Positions 1 through 11,999 of a stretch of DNA of 64,000 nt are shown here, piece after piece. Within the stretch, counting starts at the first letter, position 1. Each line of letters starts with the position of its first letter. The notes under the pieces were generated by a model. It saw only the letters and a list, made by a program, of their open reading frames with translations, did not search any database and was not told the origin of the DNA. Source of the stretch: Octopus vulgaris (Eukaryota); NCBI GenBank assembly GCA_951406725.2, contig OX597827.1, positions 52,886,001 to 52,950,000 of the forward strand. The letters are read 5' to 3'. Both the position numbers and the translations under genes were made by a program.

Positions 1-97
1 AAGTTGACAGTTTCTGTTACTTAGATGATCTAATTAGCAATGGGGGTGGGGTGGAGTGAAAGCATAGCAATCAATATGAGAATGGTTTGTTAAGATT

Positions 98-575
98 TCA
101 GGAAGCTATTACTTCTCTTGGCAACCACTAGCTCTTCTGAATGAAGAGTTGATTGTATGAAACTTGTGCACAATGTGTGATATTGCATAATAGAAAAACA
201 TCGGAATTAAATGCAGAGAATGTGTGAAGGCTGGAAAGAAATGAAGTAAGCATGTGTTGTTGGATGTGTAATGTGAGTGTTGGAGCTGAAATAAAAAAAC
301 TGAGTATAACAAAAATTGTATGTAGTATGCAAGACAGAAAATTGCACTGATGCAGACATGATGCACGTATGTTGTTACAGCTGGGTAAAAGCAAAAGTTC
401 CAAGTGATCCAAGAAGAAGGAACTTGTGGAAGAGGAAGACAGAGGAAGTTGGAGACAAACTGTTGAAGGAAGATTTCAAGACCTGAATCTTATGAAAAAG
501 ATGATGAAAGACTGCAACAAGTAGCATGGAGCTGTACTAGAAAAGAACTGTCCAAAATATGCAAACATGGGAAAA
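98..575 (+). mobile_element. Degenerate RTE-clade LINE 3' fragment
   Basis: Broken reading resembles the RTE C-terminus (FRKLLLLL..LYETC..RLERNEVSMCCWMCNVSV..EGTCGRGR); similar to 26505-26690. Many stops and indels. Confidence 0.7.
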
Positions 576-1439
576 GTGGTACAGGAGGAGGAGCAGGATT
601 GAGCAAGCTGAATAACTATGTACAAGTTTACTAGCTAGTATGAACTAATATTTTGATTTATTAATTAGAGCAAGACAAATGCCCAAGGTCATTTCAAGTC
701 ATCATACATTGAAAGCAATGATTAAATGTGTTAATTTGATACAGCTAACTAATATGTTGTTTGAATAAATGCCAAATGATTTCTTTAATGTGTAATTATA
801 AGTTCTGTGATTTTGTAATGCCATAGCAAAATATACTGAACAATTTATCCTAATGATTTTTTAGGTAGTGTGTAGCTGGGACCACATTAACTTGTTTCCT
901 ACTCCTTTTAAGATAGCAATGTGTCATGATATTTAAGGGATATTTAGCTGGTATTTCTAGTAGACTGAGTAACTGTGTAAAGGTTTTCTCATTTTCTCTT
1001 TGACTCGTTTTGGTGGATTTCTCACTTTAATATTAATCAAGGAAGTAGGAAGTAATCACTCTCAACTTTTATAGCTGGCTGGTGACACCTCATAATGACA
1101 GGGTGAATAAGGTAATGAATAGGTAAGGGATAGCCAACTTATATTTTACAACTGGAGCTAGGTAATATTGTATAGTAATGCATCGTATTTTAGGCAAGGC
1201 ACTTTTTAGTGCCTTACCTGCAGCAGAAATGAACAGAGACAGAAATCACAATTTTTAGCATACATTAAAGCTTGTTATATTTATGTATGTATGCATAAAC
1301 ATCTCAAACTTTAATTTCTAAAGCATAGTTTCAATCTTCATAATAACTGTGCCACATTTATATTCTAGAAATAAAGGTTACAAGTTTGATTTAACTTCAA
1401 AATATTCAGATTTGGCAAAGACTGGACAGTCAGAGATGA

Positions 1440-2192
1440 TGTTGTCAACTGTTTCATTGTGCTGGTTGCGCATTCAGCATTTGGTGTTAAGGACTGTTTT
1501 CATTATTCTGATTTTATAGTTGTTTGTGGTCTGGCATTTGTCTTGTGCAGCAAGAATCAGTTCTTCTTTTTCTGCTTTTGGCCCAGAGCTTTTAAACCAT
1601 TGTTGGCTTTTAATTAGGCTCACTTCTCCTCTGTCAAGCATGCAGGGTATTGATCTTGGAGTAATTTTTCCCTCCATTTCTTCTTTAGTAGGTTTTGTAG
1701 CTCAGTTTTTCATGTTGTTTTCTGTCTCTTTGGCCATTTCTCCTATGTTGTCATCTGAGATCAGTGTTTCAGTGTAGTTTGTTTCTGTTTTGTATTTTGT
1801 CACCTCCTTGTGCATAAAGCATTTTCTTCTTTTTCGTGTTGCTTGAGTACATGTAATAGTCTTTCATTTTTTGTTTCTAAGTATTTTTCTAGTCCATCTG
1901 TTAATTTATAGTAGTTCCCTATTGGTGTCAGGCTGCAACCTCCTGAGTGAGGTAGATATATTCTGTCTTTGTCTGCTTTGAGGAGGTGACTTCAGTTTTT
2001 TCTAAGTTTCTCAATTCTCTAATTTTCCAGATTATTATGTTCAAGCTGTAATTTACAACTGGTATGACTAGTGTGTTTATTCCTATTATCTTATTTTTAG
2101 CATTGAGTTCAGTGTGACTCTTCTCTCTTAATTTTCTCTTTCATTTCTGTGTGTTTTATTTTCACTCTTTTGTCTATTCCTAGATATTTGAA
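1440..2192 (-). mobile_element. R4/Dong-like LINE fragment (RT C-terminus to zinc-knuckle region)
   Basis: Minus-strand reading KYLGID..KHTEMKEKIK..TELNAKNKIIGINTLVIPVVNYS and QQWFKSSGPKAEKEELILAAQD (ORF 1474..1677), typical of R4-clade ORFs; frameshifted. Confidence 0.75.
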
Positions 2193-2248
2193 TGGAATAG
2201 ATGAAATAGCTAAGATACAACACACAGAAATTATCATTATTATTATTA

Positions 2249-2469
2249 AGTTGGCAAGCTGGCAGAATTGTTAACATGTCAAACAAAATTTTCAGCAGTA
2301 TTTATTCTAGCTTTACATTTCTAAGTTCAAATTCCACTGAGATTGACTTTGCCTGTCATCCTCTGGGGATTGTTAAAATAGGTACCAGTTGAGTACTGGT
2401 GTCAATGTAATCAACTAGCCCCCTCCCACAAAATTTCAGGCCTTGTGCTTATAGTAGAATGAATTATTA
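2249..2469 (+). mobile_element. tRNA-derived SINE, family A
   Basis: Head gctggcagaattgttaac, B-box-like gttcaaattcc, core gactttgcct..catcct..aaaataggtaccag; many homologous copies in the window; follows (ATT)n. Confidence 0.85.
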
Positions 2470-3825
2470 ATATCTAAGGTCTATGTAATACATATAATTC
2501 AAATGCAAGATTTCTCTCATTCCCTCTCTCTTATACACTCACAGATATTCTCAATACCACCAATCACAAAGATTTTTCTTATCTTTTTTTTATTTTTTCG
2601 TTTAGTTTCTCACCAAAGGTTTCAGAAATTGTTGCACATTTATACCAAGACTAATATAAATTTATGGTCATTAAGTAACTAGAGAATCCTGAACAGTTCA
2701 CTAAATGTCTTGGTTGCTTGACTGATCCTGATGAGTCAAAGACATTGAGTGGAGATGAGTCAGTCATGTCTGTTAAAGAAATGCAATTTCAAGAATGAGT
2801 GGGAGTGGAGGAAGAAGCAGGGTTACAAGATAGGTTATTAGCAATAAAATCTTGACAAATAGAGCACAATGATGTATCCTGTTTGGGTGTGATGGTAGAG
2901 CAAAATAAATAAATAAATGAAAGAAAATTTATGAACAAATTTGAAATCAACAGATATATTGCCTACTACCATCACTGGCATGGCCACAAAGGACCATCAC
3001 TGATGTGTGAAAATATTTTATATCTCTGACTAAAGAAATTAAATGTTATGTTGAAGCACCACGTTTTCCATTGTTGATAATACTACATTTTTTTTACCCA
3101 AAATATCTCTTAAAAATTTACCTTGCATCCTAGAGGACAACAACAGTTATATTTTTCACAAGCCAATTTGAACTGCAGATATGAGTTAACTATACTAAAC
3201 TTACTGTGCCTAAACATAAAAGAAAAGATGCAGGATATAACTGACCACCAGGATCTCTGTTGCTAAGCCACTAACAAAGCACCTCAGTAAAATATGTGAA
3301 ACTGCCTAGATCTTATTTTTTATGTTTATATCCCACCCACTTTAATTTTTTTAAATTTTGAAGTCAAAATTAGGACGTCTTCAATATTGCAACACTAAGA
3401 AATGTGATACTGAACCAATTTCTATGTTAAAAGAGAGCAAACCACCAACTGCATAGTTAGTATTATGCATTCTATCACCACTGCTGTATTATATTCAAGG
3501 TTAGAACTAAATTAGGAACCAAATTTCACTTGCTTTTAACTAAGTACTACACAGCGGTATAGTCCACCAATGCAAAAAGAAGTAGTGATATATAATTGAT
3601 TTCCAACACTGGCACAAAACAATACATTTTGTGGCGAGAGTATAACCAATCACCTCACTCCCATTGTGAAGGTGTGTGACTTAGTGGTTAAGATGCTGCA
3701 CTCACAATAGCAAAAATTATGATTTTGATTCCTGGACCATGTAGTGCATTGTGTTCTTGAGCAAAACACTTCATTTCCCATTGGTCAAGTTCACTCAGCT
3801 GTAAATAATGAAATTATTTCATATA

Positions 3826-4051
3826 TTTCTTTATTGTCAACAGGGGGCGAAACATAGAGGGGACAAACAAAGACAGACAAAGGGATTATGTCAATTACAT
3901 CAACCCCAGTATAAAACTGATACTTATTTAATCGACCCCAAAAGGATGAAAGGCAAAGTCAGCCTCAGCGGAATTTGAACTCAGAACGTAACAGCAGACG
4001 AAATACCAGTAAGCATTTCACCCAACACGCTAACAATTCTGCCAGCTCGCC
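3826..4051 (-). mobile_element. SINE family A with alternative 3' tail
   Basis: Reverse complement of ggcgagctggcagaattgttagcg..gttctgagttcaaattccgc..ctttcatccttttggggtcgattaaataagt; 3' part differs from 2249-2469. Confidence 0.85.
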
Positions 4052-4189
4052 TGTAATAAGCATATGATTACCAGAAACAAAAAGGAAATTTAGAATGCTA
4101 TTGACTTTGTTGGTAATTGGTTTCTTTCTAATCAACAGATAATTTTATGCATGCATAAGAAATACTATACTGTATTGAAATAAAATATT

Positions 4190-4610
4190 AAATTTAAATG
4201 TGAAAAGGTGTTAAAAAATGAGGTTAACATAACCTGTTTAATGTATAATGTTAAATTGTATGCAAGGTACAGAGAAAGTGCACTGAGAAAGTTGCTGAGC
4301 ATTAGAGACATCATGAGTCGAAGTGTGCAAAAGAGACAATTGCATTGATATGGACATGTGATGCATGTTGAATGTGAAAAAGTGTTGTATGCTGCAGGTA
4401 AAGCATACATGTTAGAAGAGAAACACTGAAGAAAATATGCAAAAGTGATAATAAATCTCCAGATACTGGGTTATACAGAATTGATAATGACAGAGCAAGC
4501 TGAGTGGTGATATGCTGTATGTAGACCCATCTAGTATATACCAGCATAAAAATAAAGATATCAAAACATGCTGGTAGTAACAATAAACATGAGGATATTT
4601 GCTACTGATG
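4190..4610 (+). mobile_element. Degenerate RTE LINE 3' fragment
   Basis: NEVNITCLMYNV..SALRKLLSIR..VQKRQLH*YGHVMHV resembles the RTE 'RLRWYGHV' region; similar to 98-575. Confidence 0.65.
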
Positions 4611-5072
4611 ATGGCACACATACCTTGGAAGTAAGTGCTTAACCACACAGCCACACCTGCACTTGTAATACAATTCAGAGGCAACAATTCTAACTGGGAA
4701 GTGGGGAAAACAGTGTTTCACAGCAACCTAATCTACCAGCCACACCGTAAAAAATTTGAAGCATGAATCACTCTAATATTCCTATTTACAATATACTGAT
4801 CAACAACAATATTGACATGAGGGTAACAGGAATTCAATTCAAACTGAAATGCAAATCAATAATAAAAAAAAAAACAGACACGCACAAAAGGAAGTTTGTT
4901 TTGTGCACCATACATTGACAACAACAACTATTATTGACAATGTAAGCAACAACAGATAATATTGTAACTGTTATGTCAGCTGTGACAATCAGCATTGACT
5001 GAAGAAGAGAAAAACAACTACAAACATAACACCACAAACAATAACAAAACGACTGTTTTATATATATATATA

Positions 5073-5305
5073 CTAGCTGGGCTCCATGCCGTCTAAAATG
5101 ACGGCTAATTGTATTATTTTAAATATAAATAAGGTACAAAACCAAGTTTTTAGTTTAATTCTTTTATTACCAAATTTTTTTGTGAAAAATCTCTTCACAA
5201 CTAACATCCATTGACTGCTTGTTTCCTTCAAAAGAATTTTAAAGTTTTCCTTCCTTCTTGTACGACTTAAGGCCACATAAAGCTGGCCGTGACTAAATAC
5301 AGGAT
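5073..5305 (-). mobile_element. Helitron 3' terminus with end of RepHel helicase
   Basis: Minus strand PVFSHGQLYVALSRTRR (Pif1-family helicase motif VI), then hairpin GCCGTC-6nt-GACGGC (5088-5105) 11 nt before the terminal CTAG (5073-5076), followed by T. Confidence 0.85.
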
Positions 5306-5796
5306 AGAATATGGATGGTAATTAAAACTGATGCACTTCTCAATGTTATCTAGTGGTTGTCTTTTGAGATGTGACATCGATCATCATTTGTTACTGAAAG
5401 TATACTGATTCACACATACAAATGCTCATATACTTCCCTTGTACACATACACACATACACTCAAACAGATTTGAAACGCTGTTTGATTTTTCTTTGATTT
5501 TATATTGAGAACTGATAAATACCAGCTCCTCAACTAAAAAATGTATTAGTGAAATTTTTAGCCTATCCACACTCATACATTCCTAATGAGAAGACAAGGT
5601 TTTGCATCCATATAATTCTTTCTTTACCATGGTGCTGGACAAGTTGGAAAACTTTAAGACCACTAGGATTTGATTCAAACATTACATGTTCATTAACTAA
5701 TCATGTCCCTTTTCAATCACTGCCCATCCCCATGAGAAATACTGGTTAGTTACCTGCTATCTTTTATTGCTGTTATTATTATTATTATTATTATTA

Positions 5797-6018
5797 TACT
5801 TGTTTCAGTTATTGGACTGTGACTATGCTGAGAGTATAAGTCAAACAGATCAATCCCAAGCACATAATATTTTTTTAAAGTGTGATACTTATTCTATTGG
5901 TCTCTGTTGCTGAACTACTAAGTTATGAGAATATAAACAAACCAATACCCATTGTCAAGTAATGGTAGTGGATAAACACTAACATGTGCACACACACAGA
6001 TATATGTGTGTGTGTGTG

Positions 6019-6057
<39 letters not shown>

Positions 6058-6375
6058 GTAAATATTAAACAATGAGAATGAGTGCTCAGCACCACATTGA
6101 TGGATAAAGATTCTGTATTTGTGGATTAAGGCTACCATTAGTTTCATTTTAAGGAAGCCCTTAACAATTATCAAGTCTATCACATGGAACATCAGTGTTT
6201 ATCTCCATTTTGAAACCAATGGTAGCCTTTATCTACAAATAAAGCACACACCACACACTCACACGCACGATAGGTTTCTTTTAGTTTCAGCTTAATAAAT
6301 ATGCTTACAAGGGTTTGGTTGGCCCAGAACTATAATAGAAGACATTTGCCAAAAATGTGCCATGCAGTGGAATAA
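5797..6375 (-). mobile_element. SINE family B (internal microsatellite), degenerate, with internal insertion
   Basis: tacttgtttcagt..ggactgtgactatgctg..tacttattctattggtctc..(TG)/(TA)..acaagggtttggttggccc..agaagacatttgcc matches the reverse complement of 52877-53292. Confidence 0.75.
6117..6240. mobile_element. Small MITE-like element with ~30-bp imperfect inverted termini
   Basis: atttgtggattaaggctaccattagtttca versus tgaaaccaatggtagcctttatctacaaat (reverse complements with few mismatches). Confidence 0.5.
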
Positions 6376-6877
6376 AAATGTAAGAGATATTTGATTAGTA
6401 CAGTTAATACTACAAGCCTGTGGGTTATATTATTCAGTTAGTACAGATCTAAGACAAATCTGTTCTACACCACCAAGAGCTATAATCTGATATTCAGTTA
6501 TAGGTTTTAACCTTTAGTATCTGCTTAGATTTATGATTAGGACAATGAAAGTTAATTGTCTTGACTATGAAAACAATAAATAACTGTTGACAGGATACAA
6601 AATAGCTACAACTCATTTACTTGCCCAATACCTTATTCATTCAAAAAACACTAATTCTCCTGCAGGTCTTCTTCTAAGTACATCAGTCATAGAGGCATTT
6701 AGATGTTATTACTCAGAGGCAGCTTAGCATCACTGCTCCAATATTAAAATACAGCTTTGTTTTCTCTGCTGGAACATGAAAAGTTCTCTTTGGCAGTGTT
6801 ACCAAAGAGAAATATCCACTGCTTTGACTATGTTCTATAGTTATTATAAGCACTGGATTGTATTATGGTTAGTATAG

Positions 6878-7050
6878 CTGTTGTTTAGCTTTTGCTAAGT
6901 CCTGATTGATCAGACCTATAGTCAAAGGAATTCTAGCCATGACTATCCCATTATTTTATACCGAGTTGTCCCTTTTCTTAATGCAGAATGATTTTGAGAG
7001 ATTTAGTTGCTATTATTAGCAGGTTGAGCAACCACACAGAGATTCCTTGT
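6878..7050 (+). repeat. Interspersed repeat family C (representative; ~20 copies in window)
   Basis: gttgtttagc..ctgattgatcagacctat..caaaggaattctagccatgac..gagatttagttgctattattagcaggttgagcaaccac recurs at ~880, 24655, 28190, 28530, 29415, 38600, 39150, 39770, 40740, 42055, 42320, 43130, 43365, 53440 (+) and ~15855, 35740, 43935, 48575, 59100 (-). Confidence 0.75.
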
Positions 7051-7084
7051 TTTGCTCTAGTTATTAGTGTACAGTCATGGAGTA

Positions 7085-7750
7085 AACCAGGAATGTGGAA
7101 GAAGAGGATGAAAAAGTGTACAAAGAGAAAGAGAAGACAAAACAGAGAAAGAGATTGAGGGAGGGAAATAAAAGCAAACTTGAGAGAGTGAGAGGATGGA
7201 AAGAATTAGAGAAAATAAAGGGAAAAATGGTATAGATTTATCAGATATAATTGGGTAATGAGAGGTGGATAGAGTAGTGTAGCAGAGGAAGAAAGATCCC
7301 TGAACAAATAAATGAAATTGGTGAAAAAAATAGGATTGAATATCTAATGAAAGGCAATAACAGTAAATAAAGTGGTGAGATGGAATATACGATTGATTTG
7401 ATCAAAGTCAAATAAACAACAATGATTTTAGAGTTTATTTTTATAAAAAGATTGTGAAAGGATTGTGTAAAATAAAGAATCTTTAGATTTGTTGCAAAAT
7501 AAGGATCATAATAAGGTATATCTTTTTCATTTTTTCCCTTTCAAATGTTTTATTTGAAGATAGTTTAAATCAAAATTATGCAGTATAGAAGAACTATAGG
7601 ATAAAGTGGGAATATCTCACAAGAATACTAAGAAAAGTCCTGAATGAGAAAGAGAGAGACAGATAAAATATGAGAGAAAGAGAGAGAAGGAAGAAATAAA
7701 AAAGACAAATATGCAATAAAAGATAAATAAATAGAGTAAAAGAAAGTCAA
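7085..7750 (+). repeat. Purine-rich low-complexity tract
   Basis: Long degenerate GA/AG-rich stretch. Confidence 0.6.
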
Positions 7751-8221
7751 TAAGCATACAATGGATCCAATTAAGTAGCCTACTTTAAATATCTTTCACA
7801 GAAATGTTTACTGTCACAGAAGATACAAATAAATTAATCATTAGATACCACTTAATCAATATTCTCTCTTAATTGGACAGAACAGAGAATCCCAACTACA
7901 TATCAAAACACAAATTGACATCATTAAACCATATCAGAGCAATCTTCTTCACAATAGGTTTTCTTGGAAACAGTAATTTTCACTGATGCAATTCGTACCT
8001 TTAAACTTTACAATGACAAATAAGATTTCCTTTCAGAAAATACATTTTAAAAGCGTTCTTTTTCTCTACGGGTTTTTATTTTTTATCTTTCAGTTTTTCA
8101 ATAAATCATTCCTAAATTACTGGTTGGAATGGTTACAGTATTTATTTTTGTACAGCTGCATTCCAAAATAAAAATACAGAACAAACACTATAGGTTCCAT
8201 TAAATAGAATTTCTATCTCAC

Positions 8222-8275
8222 CAATCTCAGGAAGCCTTTACAAAAGTCATGGGCACAGCCACCCACCAGACTAAA
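8222..8275 (-). CDS. Candidate 54-nt internal exon (FSLVGGCAHDFCKGFLRL), gene unidentified
   Basis: Minus strand tttttacag|TTTAGT...AGATTG|gtgaga; 54 nt, only phase 0 is stop-free; not in a recognised repeat. Peptide not recognised. Confidence 0.3.
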
Positions 8276-8472
8276 CTGTAAAAATGATCAAATAGATTAA
8301 TGAGAATACTAGACCCTGTATTAACCAATTCTAAGGTTGCTTCAGCTGTAAGCATTTTGAATTATCATTTCTTAATACTATTTTAAATGAAAATTCAGTG
8401 ACTCAAAAGGGAGCACTTTTATTGCTGAAATTTGAAACCAATAATTAATCACCAATTTTATCAGGTATTGAC

Positions 8473-8902
8473 ATGTGGTTAAGAAATTCATTTAGGCAAC
8501 CACACGGTTTGGGGTTCAATCCTGCTGTGTCCTTTATCAAGGCCACAGGTTGACCAAGTGTCCTTTTTTAAGGCCTCGGGTTGATCAATGCCTTTTGAGT
8601 GAAATTTGGTTAACAAAAGCTTTATAAAAGCCTATCATATGCATGTACATGTTTGCATGTGCACAAGTGTACATGAGTTTATCTCAAAGTGTACTTACTT
8701 GATATCTCTTTAGCTGCAACATTGTCCTAAGTTTGGTAGAAAGATGTGCTCAAGACAAATGGAATAAAGTACTTCACTTGGAAACAAGTAAGGGTTGGAT
8801 CAATGAGGACATCCAACCAGACAATGCTGCCTCAAGAAGTCTTGACCAACCCATACCAACACAGAAAAAAGCTAATGTGAAAGTGATGAGGATGATGATA
8901 AT
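8473..8902 (+). mobile_element. SINE family B variant with RTE-like 3' tail
   Basis: Head gtggttaagaa..caaccacacggtttggggttcaatcc; ends ccaacacagaaaaaagctaatgtgaaagtgatgaggatgatgat. Confidence 0.6.
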
Positions 8903-9621
8903 GAATATGCTGAAAGAGCACTGTTAACTGTATCAACCCTGTACATTACAAATATTTATTTTGTCAACTTTGCAGAGATTAAAGGCAAAATCAAGACCCA
9001 CAGGATTTGAACTCAAAATATAAAGGGCTGTAACTAAATAACACAAGGTAGAGGGTCACGGCAAAAGGTTACAGTTGATTGGATTGATCCAGTATATGAC
9101 AGGTATTTACTTTATCAACCTTGGTAATGACTGAGCCAACTGTAAAGAGATGCAACTACTGTATTTTCTGGCATATAATTTTTCAAAACACAAGACAACA
9201 CTGGAGGACCAAAAATTCTATGTGAAATACAGCATAATTTGGAAAGATAGTGACAATGTATGAATGTTTTACATTACATGATTATATACTACATTGAATT
9301 GTATGCCAGAAAATATATTAAATTTTGTAAAATATTCATTTATAACTAGTAATAATGATTTTTTGACACTGTGACAGGCATTTGGAAGATATTTTATTTT
9401 ATCAATCCCAGAAGGATAAAAAGCAAGGCTGACTTAACATCACAAAACCTTTGTGCTATCCTTCAGCCTACTACTTATGCTGATTACTACAAATGGCCAT
9501 GAATTTTGGCAGGAAGTAATAATTAATGACAACAACCTTAGTATTTTACATTCTTACCTCCAGGAAAATGAAAAACAAAATCACATCACCTGATGTTAAT
9601 TAAACTCAGAACTACTACTCT

Positions 9622-9629
9622 ACACCACC

Positions 9630-9661
<32 letters not shown>

Positions 9662-9664
9662 CAA
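9622..9664 (+). repeat. (CAC)n(CAA)n compound microsatellite
   Basis: Direct reading. Confidence 0.9.
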
Positions 9665-10174
9665 CTTTTCTTTTGTAGGAGAATAGGTCATTGTGTACTA
9701 TTTAATGGACCCAACAGGATAAAAGACAATATAAACAACAGCAGAATTTCAACTCATAAACACAAAACAAAATGATAGATACTGTAGGGTTCTCTCTATT
9801 GTTGGAACCAGAACAAAAAAAAGAACAATAACAAAGATTTATTTGAAAAAGGGAGAAGGAAGACAATTTGTGTAGAGAATAAGGGGAATGTAATCAAATG
9901 TATCAGTCTCTGGTAGTCTAATGATATTCTATTCAACTAAGTATGGCAAAGCTGACTCCTTTGAGATTTCAACAATAATAACTACAATAATTTCTCTGTG
10001 CAAGGTACTACTACTACTACTACAACGACAACAACAATAATGGATATGACAAAAAAAAATGTATATACAAAACTGTAGAAGCTATACCTGGACCCTCAAC
10101 ACTACACAGCCCACATCATATGCAAGACACTATAAATTCAATAGTGCACCCCAAATAAAACAATTCACAAATAC

Positions 10175-10678
10175 TGAAGGCTGGATATAGTAACCTTTAG
10201 GAGGGACAAACAAGAGTGCCTAATAATTGACGTAGCAGTGCCAGAAGATCAATATATCATCATGAAAGAAAGAAAAAAGGTTGATATGTATGGAAACCTG
10301 AGAATTGAGATCATTAAGATGTGGCAGCTACGAGAGTCAAACATAAAGGTTATCCCTATTGTCATCAGAGCATTGGGTTCAATACCACCCAATCTGAAAA
10401 AACATCTAGAAACTTTAGAAATATCCTACAATCTAGGTGTATTGCAAAAGTTGGCATTACTTGAAAATGTATGCATATTGCATAAAATACTGTCTGTCTG
10501 AGATCCTTGTTGTGACTTGACAAACAGTACAACCTCATGATATTGTATACTGTGTGACGTTTATAATAATAATAGTGATAATACTATTATTATTATAGAC
10601 ATCTGAGGTCCTTGTTGTGACTTGACAAACAGTACAACCTCATGATATTGTATTGTGTGCGACGTCTATAATAATACT
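10175..10678 (+). mobile_element. R4/Dong-like LINE 3' end with restriction-like endonuclease; 3' UTR duplicated in tandem
   Basis: RLDIVTFRRDKQECLIIDVAVPED..KERKKVDMYGNLRIEIIKMW..VIPIVIRALG..LQKLALL* (ORF 10238..10501); ~75-bp 3' end repeated at ~10497 and ~10602, each ending in (AAT)n. Confidence 0.85.
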
Positions 10679-10744
10679 ATAGGACTGAACCTGGAACCAT
10701 GCAGTTGAGAAGCAAACTCATTACCACACAGCCACGACTGTCTA

Positions 10745-11045
10745 GTGTTGGAATGAAAATCTCTGTACTCTGATAGACATTTCTATCACTTCTGACTAAA
10801 ACATCACCAGAAACGAGATGGAGAATGTATCAAAGTCCAAGGATCTTGAAATTGAAATAAGCAGGATGTGGGGTTTAAAAGTGAAGTTAGTGCCAATAAT
10901 AATTGGAGCATTAGGTATAATAATAAAAAAAGAATAACAAGAACAAAAATAGAAAAACAAATCAGGGTTTACAATTTTACATGCAATCCAAAAATTGCCT
11001 TGCTATCACACTCCACGCTGTACGCTAGTCACTTTCAGCTGAATA
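10745..11045 (+). mobile_element. Older R4-like endonuclease 3' fragment
   Basis: LIDISITSD*NI..KSKDLEIEISRMWGLKVKLVPIIIGALG. Confidence 0.7.
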
Positions 11046-11662
11046 GCAGAGCTCAAACTACACTCTTTGCCTATAACACATACTCTTACAAAATCAATAT
11101 TTGACACTATTATACCAACAACTCTCACAATTCACATTTTACACAATTACCATCCATTAACATAACACAACACATACAACATATACAGAACAGAATCACC
11201 ACCTGACACCAAAACACATCATCCTCGTTATACAATACATGAAACACAAACACCAACCAACATATTCTATACAACAGACAAAAGACTAAAATAACACTAG
11301 AAACAACATAAAAAACCCCCACAACAATGCAAAACTGTTCTAAATCTTTAAAACACAATACTGCACATATCACAGGTATATGGAGGTGAACTGATGGTAA
11401 AGTTATAGTCAACACAAAACAGATGAAAACATCATGATGATGATGATGATTTCTTAGATATAAAACCAGAAAATTTGGAGCAAGTAGGTAATTAAACCAC
11501 CCTCAGTACTTGGTTTAAAAGAATGTAATAAGTAATGTGATTAAACCATTCCTGGACTAATTTCGCTGACCACCAATGGACGAAAAAGTAAAGGTGGTCT
11601 CAGTGAAATTGAAACTCAGATTTAAACTATATACTGTGAGACTCATTTAATCTGGTTATTCT

Positions 11663-11881
11663 AATAATGGTTTCAGATTTTGGCACAAAGCCAGCAATTT
11701 TGGGGTATGGGGTAAGTAGAGCACACTGATCCCTGTACTTGACTGGTTCTTATTTTATTGACCCCAAAAGGATGAAAGGCAAAGTTGACCTCAGCAGAAT
11801 TTGAACTCAGAATGTAAAGACAAACAAAATTCTGCTAAGCATTTTACCTGGCATGCTGAAGATTCTGTCAGCTTGCCACCT
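11663..11881 (-). mobile_element. SINE family A
   Basis: Contains accccaaaaggatgaaaggcaaagttgacctcagcagaatttgaactcagaa..gtcagcttgccacc. Confidence 0.85.
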
Positions 11882-11999
11882 TTCTGATTATCCTAATAAT
11901 ACTTTCAATAATGATTCCTTATATAATAATGTCTCTGTTATAATAAAACAGAAACAAATGGAAAATATTAAAAGAAAAAGAGAAACATGAAAAAGATAA

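Noticed and set aside
2722-2760. CTGATGAGTC-AAA-GAC hammerhead-like start
   Set aside because: The required GAAA after stem II is absent.
9593-9775. Poly-His/poly-Gln ORF
   Set aside because: Compound microsatellite amid degenerate SINE pieces.
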